Of a DNA stretch of 64,000 bases, positions 39,173-49,160 are shown piece after piece (the first letter of the stretch is position 1; every line of letters starts with the position of its first letter). The notes below the pieces were generated by a model. It searched no databases. It worked only from the letters and a program-made list of their open reading frames with translations, and had not been told where the DNA came from. This DNA comes from a virus. Where the stretch lies: positions 1 through 64,000 of the IMG/VR virus record IMGVR_UViG_3300034022_000278, one strand, 5' to 3'. The position numbers and the translations under genes are program-made.

Positions 39173-40246
39173 ATGGCAAAAATAAAATATTGGGATAAAC
39201 TCAAGGAAGAGATTGCCAGGGGTAAGTTAGGATTAAACACGGGTATTCCCTTTAGTGGATTTACTACTCTTAGTAAGCATATTAAGAATATTCAACAAGG
39301 TAGATATGATCTAATCTTTGCAGGTACTTCTATCGGTAAAACTGCATTTGTAAATAGTACCTATGTTTATGGTGCTATAGAATATCTTCAGAATAATCCT
39401 GGGTATGTGCACGATTTAGAGATTATCTACTATTCTTTAGAGATTCCTCCGCAAGATCAGATTGCTAAGCATATTGCTTCTTTAATCTGGAAGAACCATG
39501 GGATACTAACTTCTATTGATGAAATTAAATCTAAGGGTGACATGGAAATATCACCTCAAGTAGAGTTGTTAATAGGGGAATATGAGGTAAAAATGAATGA
39601 GATTCAGGATAAGTATCTATTTTATAGAAGTAATTTAAATCCTGATTTCTTATATAAAGACCTAATGGGGTATGCTGAAAAAAGAGGTACAGTAATACGT
39701 GATGACAATGATTTTATCATTGATTATGTTCCTAATAATCCTTCTTTAATTACCTTAATAATTATTGATCATATTGGTTTAGTAGATCTTGGTAAATACT
39801 CTAGTTTAAAAGAAGCTATTGACAAAATCTCTAAGACCTTAGTGTTCTTTAGGAATAAATTTAACTTTAGTCCAGTAGTAATATCTCAAATAAATAGGGG
39901 CTCTGAACAAATGGACAGAAGAGATGGAGATAGTTGGATGCCAATGCTCAGCGATATTAAAAATACAGGCAATGTAGCAGAGGATTCAAATACTATTATA
40001 GGTCTAGCAAGTCCTTTTTATTTAGGAGTAGAGAAATGCCTTGGATATGACATCGGTAAATTTAGGGATAGATATAGGTTAGCTAAGATTCTGAAAAATC
40101 GGGATGGACAAGCACAACTAAATATTAGCTTCCTGTTTATTGGCGAGTATGGGGGATATTATCAATTACCCAAAGCGGACGAATTAAACGGAAAGCCTGA
40201 AGAGCTTAAAAAGATTGATGAATATTATAAAAACAAGAACTTATGA
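39173..40246 (+). CDS. dnaB: DnaB-like replicative helicase
   Basis: AGTSIGKT, YSLE, IIIDH, ISQINR, SDIKNTGNVAEDS, KNRDG. Confidence 0.9.
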   Translation: MAKIKYWDKLKEEIARGKLGLNTGIPFSGFTTLSKHIKNIQQGRYDLIFAGTSIGKTAFVNSTYVYGAIEYLQNNPGYVHDLEIIYYSLEIPPQDQIAKHIASLIWKNHGILTSIDEIKSKGDMEISPQVELLIGEYEVKMNEIQDKYLFYRSNLNPDFLYKDLMGYAEKRGTVIRDDNDFIIDYVPNNPSLITLIIIDHIGLVDLGKYSSLKEAIDKISKTLVFFRNKFNFSPVVISQINRGSEQMDRRDGDSWMPMLSDIKNTGNVAEDSNTIIGLASPFYLGVEKCLGYDIGKFRDRYRLAKILKNRDGQAQLNISFLFIGEYGGYYQLPKADELNGKPEELKKIDEYYKNKNL

Positions 40247-40539
40247 TAAAAGACAAGTATATTTGGGTAAAAGCTAAGTTAACTGCTCATCCAGCTTTAC
40301 GAGATTCTAATGAGAGGTTGTATTATAACTATCTACAAGAGATAGGGTACGATATTAATAAGCCAACTAAAGAGTTTCTAAAAGATATGGAGAAAAGAGT
40401 TATACCTTATATGGATTCTTTTGGGAGAGCTTCTCGTAAAGTACAAGAGGAACATCCTCATCTAAGAGGCGCTACTTGGCAGAAAAGAAAGACAGTAAAA
40501 GAGGCAGAAATACGCCAAGAAATTAGGGATTTAACTTAA
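40243..40539 (+). CDS. Hypothetical protein
   Basis: 98 aa containing PALRDSNERL...RASRKVQEEHPHLRG. Confidence 0.6.
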   Translation: MIKDKYIWVKAKLTAHPALRDSNERLYYNYLQEIGYDINKPTKEFLKDMEKRVIPYMDSFGRASRKVQEEHPHLRGATWQKRKTVKEAEIRQEIRDLT

Positions 40540-40585
40540 AAATCCTTATCTTTAATAAAGTAAACAATCTAAAAATCAACAATTT

Positions 40586-41260
40586 ATGGGTCAACTCGTG
40601 TTTGTCGTTGGAAAAAGCGGCACAGGAAAATCTACCTCATTACGGAACCTAAATCCAGAGGAAACAATTATCATTAATACGGATCAAAAAGCGCTTCCGT
40701 TTAAACAATTTAACTTAAAGTACAATGAAGAGAATGACAATTATGTCAAGACTTCTGATGTGCAAGTAGTAATTGGTACCTTAAAGCGGGCACATGGTAA
40801 TAAAAAAATCAAAACTGTTATCATCGACACATGGAGTCGTATAATGACAGATGCAGTAATGAATCCTTCTTTTCGAGCAGAAAAAGGTTTTGATAAGTAT
40901 GGCAAATTTGCCGCTAATCAATATGACTTAATTAATATCATTAATGATAAATTAAGAGAAGATATCATTGTATATTTATTTGCTCATCCAGAAACTCACT
41001 ATGATGATGGTGGTTTCTCTACAGAAAGAATCGGTGTACAAGGTAAAATGCTAGAAAGATTCGTTCCTGAAAGCTTTAGTTCTATTGTGTTTTATGCAGA
41101 AATTGTAAAGACACCTGGGGCACCAAATCGTCACGTATTTAGAACCTTAAATTCTGGTACAGATACGTGCAAAACTCCTATTGAAATGTTTGAAGAAGCT
41201 CTAGTAGATAATGATCTAGTAGAGGTAAACGCAGTCATAAGAGAATATTATTCAATTTAA
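40586..41260 (+). CDS. AAA-type ATPase (Sak4/AAA_24-like)
   Basis: GKSGTGKS, VIIDT, FAH, CKTP..MFE. Confidence 0.8.
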   Translation: MGQLVFVVGKSGTGKSTSLRNLNPEETIIINTDQKALPFKQFNLKYNEENDNYVKTSDVQVVIGTLKRAHGNKKIKTVIIDTWSRIMTDAVMNPSFRAEKGFDKYGKFAANQYDLINIINDKLREDIIVYLFAHPETHYDDGGFSTERIGVQGKMLERFVPESFSSIVFYAEIVKTPGAPNRHVFRTLNSGTDTCKTPIEMFEEALVDNDLVEVNAVIREYYSI

Positions 41261-41285
41261 TAAATAACCAATAAAAAGTAAAACA

Positions 41286-41909
41286 ATGCAAGATTTAATT
41301 TGGGACGCAGTTCCGACACAGAGAAAGAAGAAAGAAGAGTCTTTCTCATTACCAACAATGACAATGTCTGCAATCGCTAAAGTAGGAGCAGGTAGAAAGT
41401 TTAGTTTTAATAAAGCAGCGCAAGGTTCTTTAGGAATCGAAGGGGGAGAAAGAGTTTCTTTCGGTTTTACAGCTGATGGTGCACAAATCTTTATTCGTAA
41501 AGTATTTGGAGAAATCGAAGGATTCGGTTTAACTCAATCATGTACTATTAGTGATAAGAAAACTTACGAGTTTATTGCTAAAAGATTAGGATTAAATACT
41601 GAAGTAGAGAATCATTTTGATGTTCTTCCTTTAGCAGGATATTCTGAATTAGTTCTTAGAACAGCAGTTGCTGAAGAAGTGATGGAGTTTAATACTGTAG
41701 ATTTAGGTGAAGTATCTGACGAAGAAGACATGGATGCTGATCTATCTACTATTCCTGGAACACCTGAAGGAGGAGCTCTTTACGAAATGGCAGACCACAC
41801 TATGGAAGTAGAAGATGCTTTAGTAGAAGAGACTATCGAAGATGAAGTCGATGAAATGCTTGAACTTGAAGAAGACGAAGAAGAGAACGACGAAGAAGGA
41901 GTTTGGTAA
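41286..41909 (+). CDS. Hypothetical protein with long acidic tail
   Basis: E/D-rich C-terminus ending in W. Confidence 0.65.
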   Translation: MQDLIWDAVPTQRKKKEESFSLPTMTMSAIAKVGAGRKFSFNKAAQGSLGIEGGERVSFGFTADGAQIFIRKVFGEIEGFGLTQSCTISDKKTYEFIAKRLGLNTEVENHFDVLPLAGYSELVLRTAVAEEVMEFNTVDLGEVSDEEDMDADLSTIPGTPEGGALYEMADHTMEVEDALVEETIEDEVDEMLELEEDEEENDEEGVW

Positions 41910-41957
41910 GAAGTAATTAAGTAAGTAAATAATTAACAATTTTAAATAATAAACAAT

Positions 41958-42554
41958 ATGATCAATTTAAATGACGCATCATTTGATGCAGCAGAAGGTA
42001 AAGCAATTTTCAATGGCGGAAATGCAGGTGTAGCAGAAAATGTTATGATGACAGTAGAGAAGAAAAAGGCTGATGATAAGCCTAATTCTCCTGATTACAA
42101 GTTATCATTTACCGATGCAAATGGTGGAACTTGTAACACAAGTTTTTGGTATGTAGAAAAAGCTACAGATTACTCTACAGTTGCTGAGCTAATCCAAAAG
42201 CAAGGTAAAGTTCTTAAGCATGTTATCCATGCAATTTATGGAGATGCTTACCAATTTCCTACAGGATTTAACAGCGCTAAAGAATTGTTAGACGGTTGTA
42301 TGCAACTTATCCGTACTGGATTAGGTACAGGTCTTAAATTCCGAGTATTTGCTAATTACGGTTCTACTCAAGGAATTAAGGATTATATTCAGCCAAGAAG
42401 TTGGGTGCCTTTCTTGGAGCCAATGTCTGTTGCTATCGCTGATACTCGCCTAAAAGCAGGTAATATCGATGCAATGGCACGTATTCAAAAAGATTCATTT
42501 GTTGCTAGCGGAACTGCTAATGCAAATGATATTGTCGCTGGAGACGAGTGGTGA
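41958..42554 (+). CDS. Putative single-stranded DNA-binding protein
   Basis: Located between the ATPase and primase, with an acidic aromatic C-terminus (GDEW). Confidence 0.6.
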   Translation: MINLNDASFDAAEGKAIFNGGNAGVAENVMMTVEKKKADDKPNSPDYKLSFTDANGGTCNTSFWYVEKATDYSTVAELIQKQGKVLKHVIHAIYGDAYQFPTGFNSAKELLDGCMQLIRTGLGTGLKFRVFANYGSTQGIKDYIQPRSWVPFLEPMSVAIADTRLKAGNIDAMARIQKDSFVASGTANANDIVAGDEW

Positions 42555-42575
42555 GAAAAAAATAATTAATTTTAC

Positions 42576-42608
42576 TGAGGGGGACACTAATGTCCTCCTC
42601 ATTTTTTT
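42576..42608 (+). terminator. Intrinsic terminator
   Basis: TGAGGGGGACA-ctaa-TGTCCTCCTCA plus TTTTTTT. Confidence 0.75.
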
Positions 42609-43613
42609 ATGAAAGAAATCAATCTAAATTCAATAGTATTTAATAGTCAGATTACGAGAGAGGACATTCTTAAGCATGTTACGCAAGAAGAAATCTATTC
42701 GTTCTATTTGGGAGAAGATATTACACATTTAGGAATATTTCACAGTCCTTTACGGGAAGATAATATTCCATCGTTTGCTTTGTATTTTCACAAGGTAAAT
42801 AGAAACATTCTAATGTTTTATGACTTTGCCACAAAAGATTGTGGTGACTTTGTAGTATTAGTTATGAGAATGTTTAATGTTGATTATCCTGAAGCTTTAA
42901 AGAAAATTACTTTTGATTTAGGACTATCCAATTTTAGTGTAGATCTTACTAAGCAAGTGATATCTTATACAAGAATTATTCATAAGGATAAAATTAAATT
43001 GGGAATTAAAACAAGACCCTGGAATTATAGAGATAAAGAATTTTGGAATTCTTTTGGTATTTGTAAAGCTACATTATTAAAATTTAATGTACATCCTATT
43101 AGTTATGTGTTTTATAACGACACTGCCGTTAAGGCCCACGAACAAGCCTATGCTTATGTGGAAATAAAAGATAATAGAGTAAGTTATAAAATCTATCAAC
43201 CAACAGAGATTAAAATTAAAAAATGGATTAATAATGCAGATTATTCTGTACACCAAGGTTATACACAATTGCCTAAATCTGGTGATATGTTAATTATTAC
43301 TAAGTCTTTAAAAGATGTTATGAGTATTCACGATTGTTTAGATATACCTGCTATAGGCCTACAATCTGAGAGTGTAATGATGAAAGATTCAGTAATGGAT
43401 GAATATAAATCTAGATTTAAAAAAGTAATTTGTCTATTTGACAATGATGAAGCAGGTAAGAAATTATCTAAGAGCTTCACAGAAAAGTATGATATTCCAT
43501 ATTTCTTTGTGCCTGAAATGCCTAAAGTTACAGACTTCAGTGATTTAGTTAGAGTAGTAGGTAAGCAAGGAGCTGTGGATATTGTAAAATTAAAAATTAA
43601 GAAGTATGAATAG
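42609..43613 (+). CDS. DNA primase (TOPRIM)
   Basis: SPLREDNIPSF, IITKSLKDVM, LFDNDEAG, VTDFSD. Confidence 0.85.
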   Translation: MKEINLNSIVFNSQITREDILKHVTQEEIYSFYLGEDITHLGIFHSPLREDNIPSFALYFHKVNRNILMFYDFATKDCGDFVVLVMRMFNVDYPEALKKITFDLGLSNFSVDLTKQVISYTRIIHKDKIKLGIKTRPWNYRDKEFWNSFGICKATLLKFNVHPISYVFYNDTAVKAHEQAYAYVEIKDNRVSYKIYQPTEIKIKKWINNADYSVHQGYTQLPKSGDMLIITKSLKDVMSIHDCLDIPAIGLQSESVMMKDSVMDEYKSRFKKVICLFDNDEAGKKLSKSFTEKYDIPYFFVPEMPKVTDFSDLVRVVGKQGAVDIVKLKIKKYE

Positions 43614-43660
43614 AGCGGACACATTAAGTAAAACTAGTAAAGATTTAATGATGAAAGAGC
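43606..43660 (+). pseudogene. Remnant original 5' end of the vWA-metallopeptidase gene
   Basis: Encodes MNRADTLSKTSKDLMMKE, homologous to MNIQTKADSLAQTSKHLMLSE at 44492. Its ATG overlaps the primase stop. Confidence 0.75.
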
Positions 43661-44469
43661 AACGATTTAAATTTGTCGTACTTTCTATCTAAATAATAAT
43701 TAGCATCATTGTAAAGGTAATCAGATATTTTAATTAAATTTTGTTTACCTTGATATGTTAAAACATGTAATTGAGTAATCTTACAATTTTTAGGATTATA
43801 TAATTTAGTTTTATTAAGGTAAAGTTCTTTTATTAAAATACTTTGCACTTTACTTAAAAAATCAAAAGGACCTAACATACTAAAAAGATAATCTTTGTTT
43901 ATATTATTAGTATAAATACAACCGTCTCCATCAAAATACCCTCTTATAAAATGATGGTATAAATTTTCGGAAATAGTTGTAGGAAAAGTTAGCGTAGTGC
44001 CTTTATTGGGGTAAAGTCCATGAGGCAAAAGATCTTGTATAAGGTTAGGAGCAGTAATAGAAAGTTTCCACTGTTGCTGTCGATTTCCTAATTTTTTAAC
44101 AGAAAGAATAGGTCCTGTATAATTTAACACATCTTTAAATTTTACAAGAATTGGTTTATCTTTTTCTTGTAAACTTATAGATAATACTTTTTTAGTTACA
44201 TTACCATCTGCATATAACAGCCCTAAAAAATAAGCTTTTTCCTCAGTATTAATTATACTAAAAAAATCTTGATTGTGGGAATACTTAGTAGAAGATTGGG
44301 ATAATGTTCTTATTTGAGTATTAGATTTTTTAATAATTGAATAAATAGTTTGAGGAGTACAATTACATAATTTTGCTATTACATAACAAGATTTGCCCGA
44401 AATATAGGAATCTATAATTTCTAATTTTGTCATAGGTAATTTGTACCCTTTATTCTGTTTTATAACCAT
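43645..44469 (-). mobile_element. Free-standing LAGLIDADG homing endonuclease, antisense to the operon
   Basis: KAYFLGLLYADGN and HHFIRGYFDGDG motifs, N-terminal HTH, and TATATTTG promoter element at 44474-44481. Confidence 0.85.
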
Positions 44470-44491
44470 AGTACAAATATAATATTATAAT

Positions 44492-46792
44492 ATGAATATA
44501 CAAACCAAAGCTGATAGTTTAGCACAAACTTCCAAGCATCTTATGCTTTCCGAGCCCTATTACGGGTTCTTTCTCATTTTATTAAATAAATTATGGTACA
44601 CAAAAGTACCCACGGCTGGCGTTGGTAAACAAGGAATAAATTATCAGCTAGTCATTAATCCTACTTTTTGGGAAGAGTTATCGGAAGACCATAGATTAGG
44701 CCTTCTAAAACATGAGCTCAATTAGGGCTCCTTATACAGTAATGTATATGTAAAATGTCTTAAATTGACGGGGACCCCCTAAAGTTTTATCTACTAAGCA
44801 TGCACCGTGAGGTAGTATGTGGCTGACTTAATTACTCAGGTATAGTAAAAAAGATAAAAATGTCCGAATGGGAAATCCGCAGCCAAATTTCTTGGTTATA
44901 TGATTTATTTTTGGTATATTGCAGTATAAATACTTACATATATGAAAACAGAAATAGAACAAAAAGTAATTGATTATTATATTACTGATAAGTTATCAGG
45001 TAAAAAGATTGCGAGTTTATTACAAATAAATGTAAAAACAGTTTTTGCAATTTTAAAAAGAAATAATGTAAAATCAAGGACTTTGTCTGAATCAACAATG
45101 AAATACACTTGTCAAGATGATTTTTTTAATGTTATAAACACAGAAAAGAAAGCATATTGGCTAGGAGTACTATTTGCTGATGGTAATATTACAAAAAAAG
45201 CAAGTAAATCGGGACAAATTATTTTTTCATCAAAAGATAAAGAATGGGTAGAACTATTTTTATTAGATGTTGGCTCAAATAATTCCCCCAATTGTGAATA
45301 TCATAAATTATTTAAAAAATATATATGGAAAGCTCAGATAACTTCTGCGCAAATGTATGATGATTTAAATAACTTAGGATGTACACCAGCTAAAACTAAA
45401 ACAATTAGAGTGCCTATATTAAATGATGCATTAATGCACCACTTTATTAGAGGATATTTTGATGGTGATGGTACAGTTGGTGTTTATAAAAATCTAAAAA
45501 ATAATGATTGGAAAATTATAAAGTCAGGTTTTTGTTCGGGCTCACAAGAATTTATTATTGACGTATTAAGTATATTACCAGTAAAAAATAAAACTATTAA
45601 ACATAGTAAAGAATGTTATATTACACAACATTCCTTGCAAGACACTTTTAATCTATTTGGTTACATGTATAAAGATTGTACTACATGTTTAGAAAGAAAG
45701 AGACAAGTTTTTATTAATTACTTAGACACATATAAACCAAGAAAGAGGTTCAACGACTACAATAGACCATCCTAATAAGGATGAAGGTATAGTCTGATCT
45801 CATGTGAAAGCATGAGTTAACAAAAATGTTTGCATATTGCTTTTGGTCACTTAAGTGCTGTATTTAAATTTAGTGATAGAAAATTAGCTAATATAGCTAT
45901 GGATATGGAGATTAATCAATATATTATTCCTGAATGGTTACCTAAAGGAGGCATTGATATTGACAAATATCCAGAATTAAATTTAGACAGAAAAGCAGGT
46001 TGTAGATATTACTATGACAAGCTTAAGCAAGCTAAGGATAAAAAAGATCAAACTGGTACTAGTGGCAGCGATGCATTTGATAGACTGTGCGATCAAATGG
46101 ACGGTGACGGTGAAGGCCTACCTGACCATAGCACATGGGACGAGTTCGAAGATTTATCTGAGGCAGAACAAAAGCTAATAGAAAAGCAAACGCAAAGACT
46201 CTTAGGCACTGCTAAAGAACAGACTTTAAAGAAGCAAGGTAATGTTCCTAATGAGATGAATGATCTAATTCAATTAGATGTAATATTACCCCCAAAATTT
46301 GATTGGAAGGGATATATTAGAAGGTTTACTGGAATTAGCACAAAGGTGTTTACTAAGAAGATACGCAGAAAAGAGAATAAAAGATACGAAGGTAATCCTG
46401 GTCTTAAAATTAAAATGAGACAAAAGATGCTATTAGCTATCGATACCTCTGGATCTGTTAGTACTCAAGAGCTTGGAGAATTTATGAATGAAATATATCA
46501 TATTTACAAAGCAGGTGTAGAAATTACTATTGTTCAATGTGATACTGAAATTCACAGTATTGAAGATTACAAAGGCAAGTTTGAATTAAAAATATCTGGT
46601 AGAGGTGGGACAGAATTTGACCCCGTATTAGATTATTTTGAAAAAAATACACAATTTACTAGTTTAATATATTTCACTGATGGTGAATGTTATACTAATA
46701 AAAAGCCTTCAAAGAAAGTATTATGGGTATTGTCTGAACAATCAACTATGAATGAAGCCCTTCCTGGGAAAGTAATAAAATTAGAACTTTAA
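44492..46792 (+). CDS. Metallopeptidase-vWA protein (DUF2201-like), spliced: exons 44492-44718 and 45829-46792, 396 aa
   Basis: Splicing restores KHELLHIAFGH (HEXXH). Also ANIAMDMEINQ, MIDAS AIDTSGS, GRGGTEF, FTDG. Confidence 0.85.
44719..45828 (+). mobile_element. Group I intron containing a LAGLIDADG ORF
   Basis: P1 GAGCU/GGCUC with U.G at 44718. Q AATCCGCAGC at 44874, R GTTCAACGACTA at 45748, S GAAGGTATAGTC at 45783. P9 CTCATG/CATGAG and terminal G at 45828. Confidence 0.9.
44942..45775 (+). CDS. Intron-encoded LAGLIDADG homing endonuclease
   Basis: KAYWLGVLFADGN and HHFIRGYFDGDG. Looped out by TTTCTTGGTT(44888)/AACCAAGAAA(45735). Confidence 0.9.
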   Translation: MKTEIEQKVIDYYITDKLSGKKIASLLQINVKTVFAILKRNNVKSRTLSESTMKYTCQDDFFNVINTEKKAYWLGVLFADGNITKKASKSGQIIFSSKDKEWVELFLLDVGSNNSPNCEYHKLFKKYIWKAQITSAQMYDDLNNLGCTPAKTKTIRVPILNDALMHHFIRGYFDGDGTVGVYKNLKNNDWKIIKSGFCSGSQEFIIDVLSILPVKNKTIKHSKECYITQHSLQDTFNLFGYMYKDCTTCLERKRQVFINYLDTYKPRKRFNDYNRPS

Positions 46793-46802
46793 AAAATTAA
46801 AT

Positions 46803-47972
46803 ATGAGTCAAGTAAAATTAAATGTAGATGAGTTAAAATCATTTATCAAGCATATTGTGCATAATAATCAGGTTATCCAAACTCAAGGTAAAGTGCCTGT
46901 TACTATTAACGTAGTGGGTGATGCTGGTCTAGGAAAAACTTCTGCAATATTGCAGTCGGGTTCTGAATTAGGCCTAGAAGTAGTTAAATTAAATCTATCA
47001 CAATTAGAAGAATTAGGTGATTTAATTGGTTTTCCAGTTAAAGAATATAAAGTTAAGAATGCAGAAGGTAAAACTTTATGGATTACTGAGCAAGAGATTG
47101 CTACTGCAGGTGAGAAAGGCTATAGAGTTGTAGATAAAAGAATGACACATGCCGCACCAGAATGGATTCAGGGTAAAGGTGAGGGTGGATTCTTATTATT
47201 AGATGATTTCTCAAGAGCTGACCATAGATTTCAGCAAGCTGTAATGGAAATATGTGACCGTCAAGAGTATATTTCTTGGAAATTGCCTAAGAACTGGCAC
47301 GTTATCCTTTCTTCTAATCCTGACAATGGTGATTACAATGTAACTTCATTGGATGTTGCGCAGCAAACTAGATTTATTTCTGTTGAGCTAAAGTATGATG
47401 TTAATGTATGGGCTAAATGGGCAGAAAATGTAGGAATAGATGGTAGATGTATCAACTTTATGTTGATGAATCCTGAATTAGTAACTCAAAGAGTTAATCC
47501 AAGATCTGTAACTACATTCTTTAACTCTATTAGTTCTATCCAAAAGTTTGATGATGAGTTACCAATGATTCAAATGATTGGTGAAGGTTCCGTTGGAACA
47601 GACTTTAGTTCTATGTTTACTATGTTTATCAATAATAAGTTAGATAAAATTATAAGCCCTGAAGATATCTTAACAAAAGATGCAGGTTATGTATTTGGCT
47701 CTTTAAAAGATATGATTGGTGAAGGTGATGAGTTTAGAGCAGATATCTCAAGTGTAGTAGCTACTAGAATTATTAATTATTCTATAACTAAAGCTGCAAC
47801 CAGCAGCATTGCCGACCCTATAATTCAAAGATTAGTGGCTATAACTACCGATTGTGAGTCTTTCACAGACGATTTGAAGTATTATATCATTAAGGAGCTG
47901 TTAAACGGTAATAAGCCTAAATTTAGTAAAATAATGTTAAACGCAAAGGTCGCTAATATGGCCATAAAATAA
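46803..47972 (+). CDS. MoxR-like AAA+ ATPase
   Basis: GDAGLGKT, LLLDDFSR, SSNP, DVAQQTRF, NPRS. Adjacent to the vWA gene. Confidence 0.85.
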   Translation: MSQVKLNVDELKSFIKHIVHNNQVIQTQGKVPVTINVVGDAGLGKTSAILQSGSELGLEVVKLNLSQLEELGDLIGFPVKEYKVKNAEGKTLWITEQEIATAGEKGYRVVDKRMTHAAPEWIQGKGEGGFLLLDDFSRADHRFQQAVMEICDRQEYISWKLPKNWHVILSSNPDNGDYNVTSLDVAQQTRFISVELKYDVNVWAKWAENVGIDGRCINFMLMNPELVTQRVNPRSVTTFFNSISSIQKFDDELPMIQMIGEGSVGTDFSSMFTMFINNKLDKIISPEDILTKDAGYVFGSLKDMIGEGDEFRADISSVVATRIINYSITKAATSSIADPIIQRLVAITTDCESFTDDLKYYIIKELLNGNKPKFSKIMLNAKVANMAIK

Positions 47973-47977
47973 AGATT

Positions 47978-49150
47978 ATGAAAAATATTTTAGTATTTAG
48001 TACAGAAGGTTCAGAAATAAATCCTGACAACAGCATTAAAAGATTGTATTTAGATGTAGAGACAATTATTGTTGTAGATAACGAGGAGCAAGAAAACTTT
48101 GGAAATCATTCTGGTGCAGATTATACTCCTAAAATAGGCGATAAATTATATTTTATGCCTAATGTAAATATTCCTAGAGTTAAGTTAAAAAATCTTATTT
48201 TAGATTATAATATCAAAGTAGTTAAGAATATAGAAGATGCTACAGCAATATTTGCTAATAGACATTCTTTAAGTAAGATGGTAAATTCTAGAGGATTTTA
48301 CACTTTACCTGTTGAAAACTTTAAAAATTGTTATGAGATTCTTAAAGTTGCTTTAGATTTGAGAGAAAAAACTGCAATCGAAACAGCTTTAGAATTTTAT
48401 ACTGAAGATATTGTATTTTTAAATTGGGAGTCTTTAAGTATAATTACTAATGGAGATTTGCAAATTTATAAAAATAGTATAATTAACGAAGGCACTTTAG
48501 CGTATTCAAAGAGAAGTTCTGTTCATATACAAACTATTTCTCCTGGTGATGCTAGGATTCTTAAGGATATAGAAGGCAAATCTATTTACAGCGATGGTAG
48601 TTTAGTTTCTAACTTAAATGGAGACGACGCTGTGTTGATAGATGCAGTAGTTTATGAGCAGTTAGCACAAATGTTTAAAAGTAGCGATTTAGATAACACC
48701 GTAATTGCAATGGAGATTATGGCAAATAGTAAGTATAAGGAAAGTTTACTTTATATTCACTTGCTATTTAAAGAACATTATAATGCAATTGCAGAAAGTC
48801 ATACTAAAAATCACGTTAATTTCAAAGCATTATTGTCTTATTTAGGCAAAGATAATTACTCATTAGAAAGTAAATTAGATACTATTGTAGATAGTTTAAT
48901 TCTTAAAGGAGTATTAACTGAAGATATGTTAAATATTCTAATGACTAAGTATTCTCAACAAATAGTAAATCACGGAAGTTCTAGATATTTCAGAGTTAAA
49001 AGTGTTACTGCAATTGATCAAGTTTTACAGATTGTCAATAGCAATTACAATTACACTACAATGCCTGATTTTATTCCAATAGTAATAGCGGAAGAAACAG
49101 TAATAGAGGATATTCCTGCTATTAGCGAATCGGACCTTCAATGGTTATAA
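47978..49150 (+). CDS. Partner protein of the vWA/MoxR module (possible BRCT-like N-terminus)
   Basis: KLYFMPNVNIPRVKLK...IKVVKNIEDATAIF and helical FKSSDLDNTVIAMEIMAN. Confidence 0.55.
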   Translation: MKNILVFSTEGSEINPDNSIKRLYLDVETIIVVDNEEQENFGNHSGADYTPKIGDKLYFMPNVNIPRVKLKNLILDYNIKVVKNIEDATAIFANRHSLSKMVNSRGFYTLPVENFKNCYEILKVALDLREKTAIETALEFYTEDIVFLNWESLSIITNGDLQIYKNSIINEGTLAYSKRSSVHIQTISPGDARILKDIEGKSIYSDGSLVSNLNGDDAVLIDAVVYEQLAQMFKSSDLDNTVIAMEIMANSKYKESLLYIHLLFKEHYNAIAESHTKNHVNFKALLSYLGKDNYSLESKLDTIVDSLILKGVLTEDMLNILMTKYSQQIVNHGSSRYFRVKSVTAIDQVLQIVNSNYNYTTMPDFIPIVIAEETVIEDIPAISESDLQWL

Positions 49151-49160
49151 AAACACAAAT

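Noticed and set aside
44492-46792. Treating 44492-44725 and 45830-46792 as two genes or as a pseudogene
   Set aside because: Group I intron features and the restored HELLH motif show they are exons of one gene.
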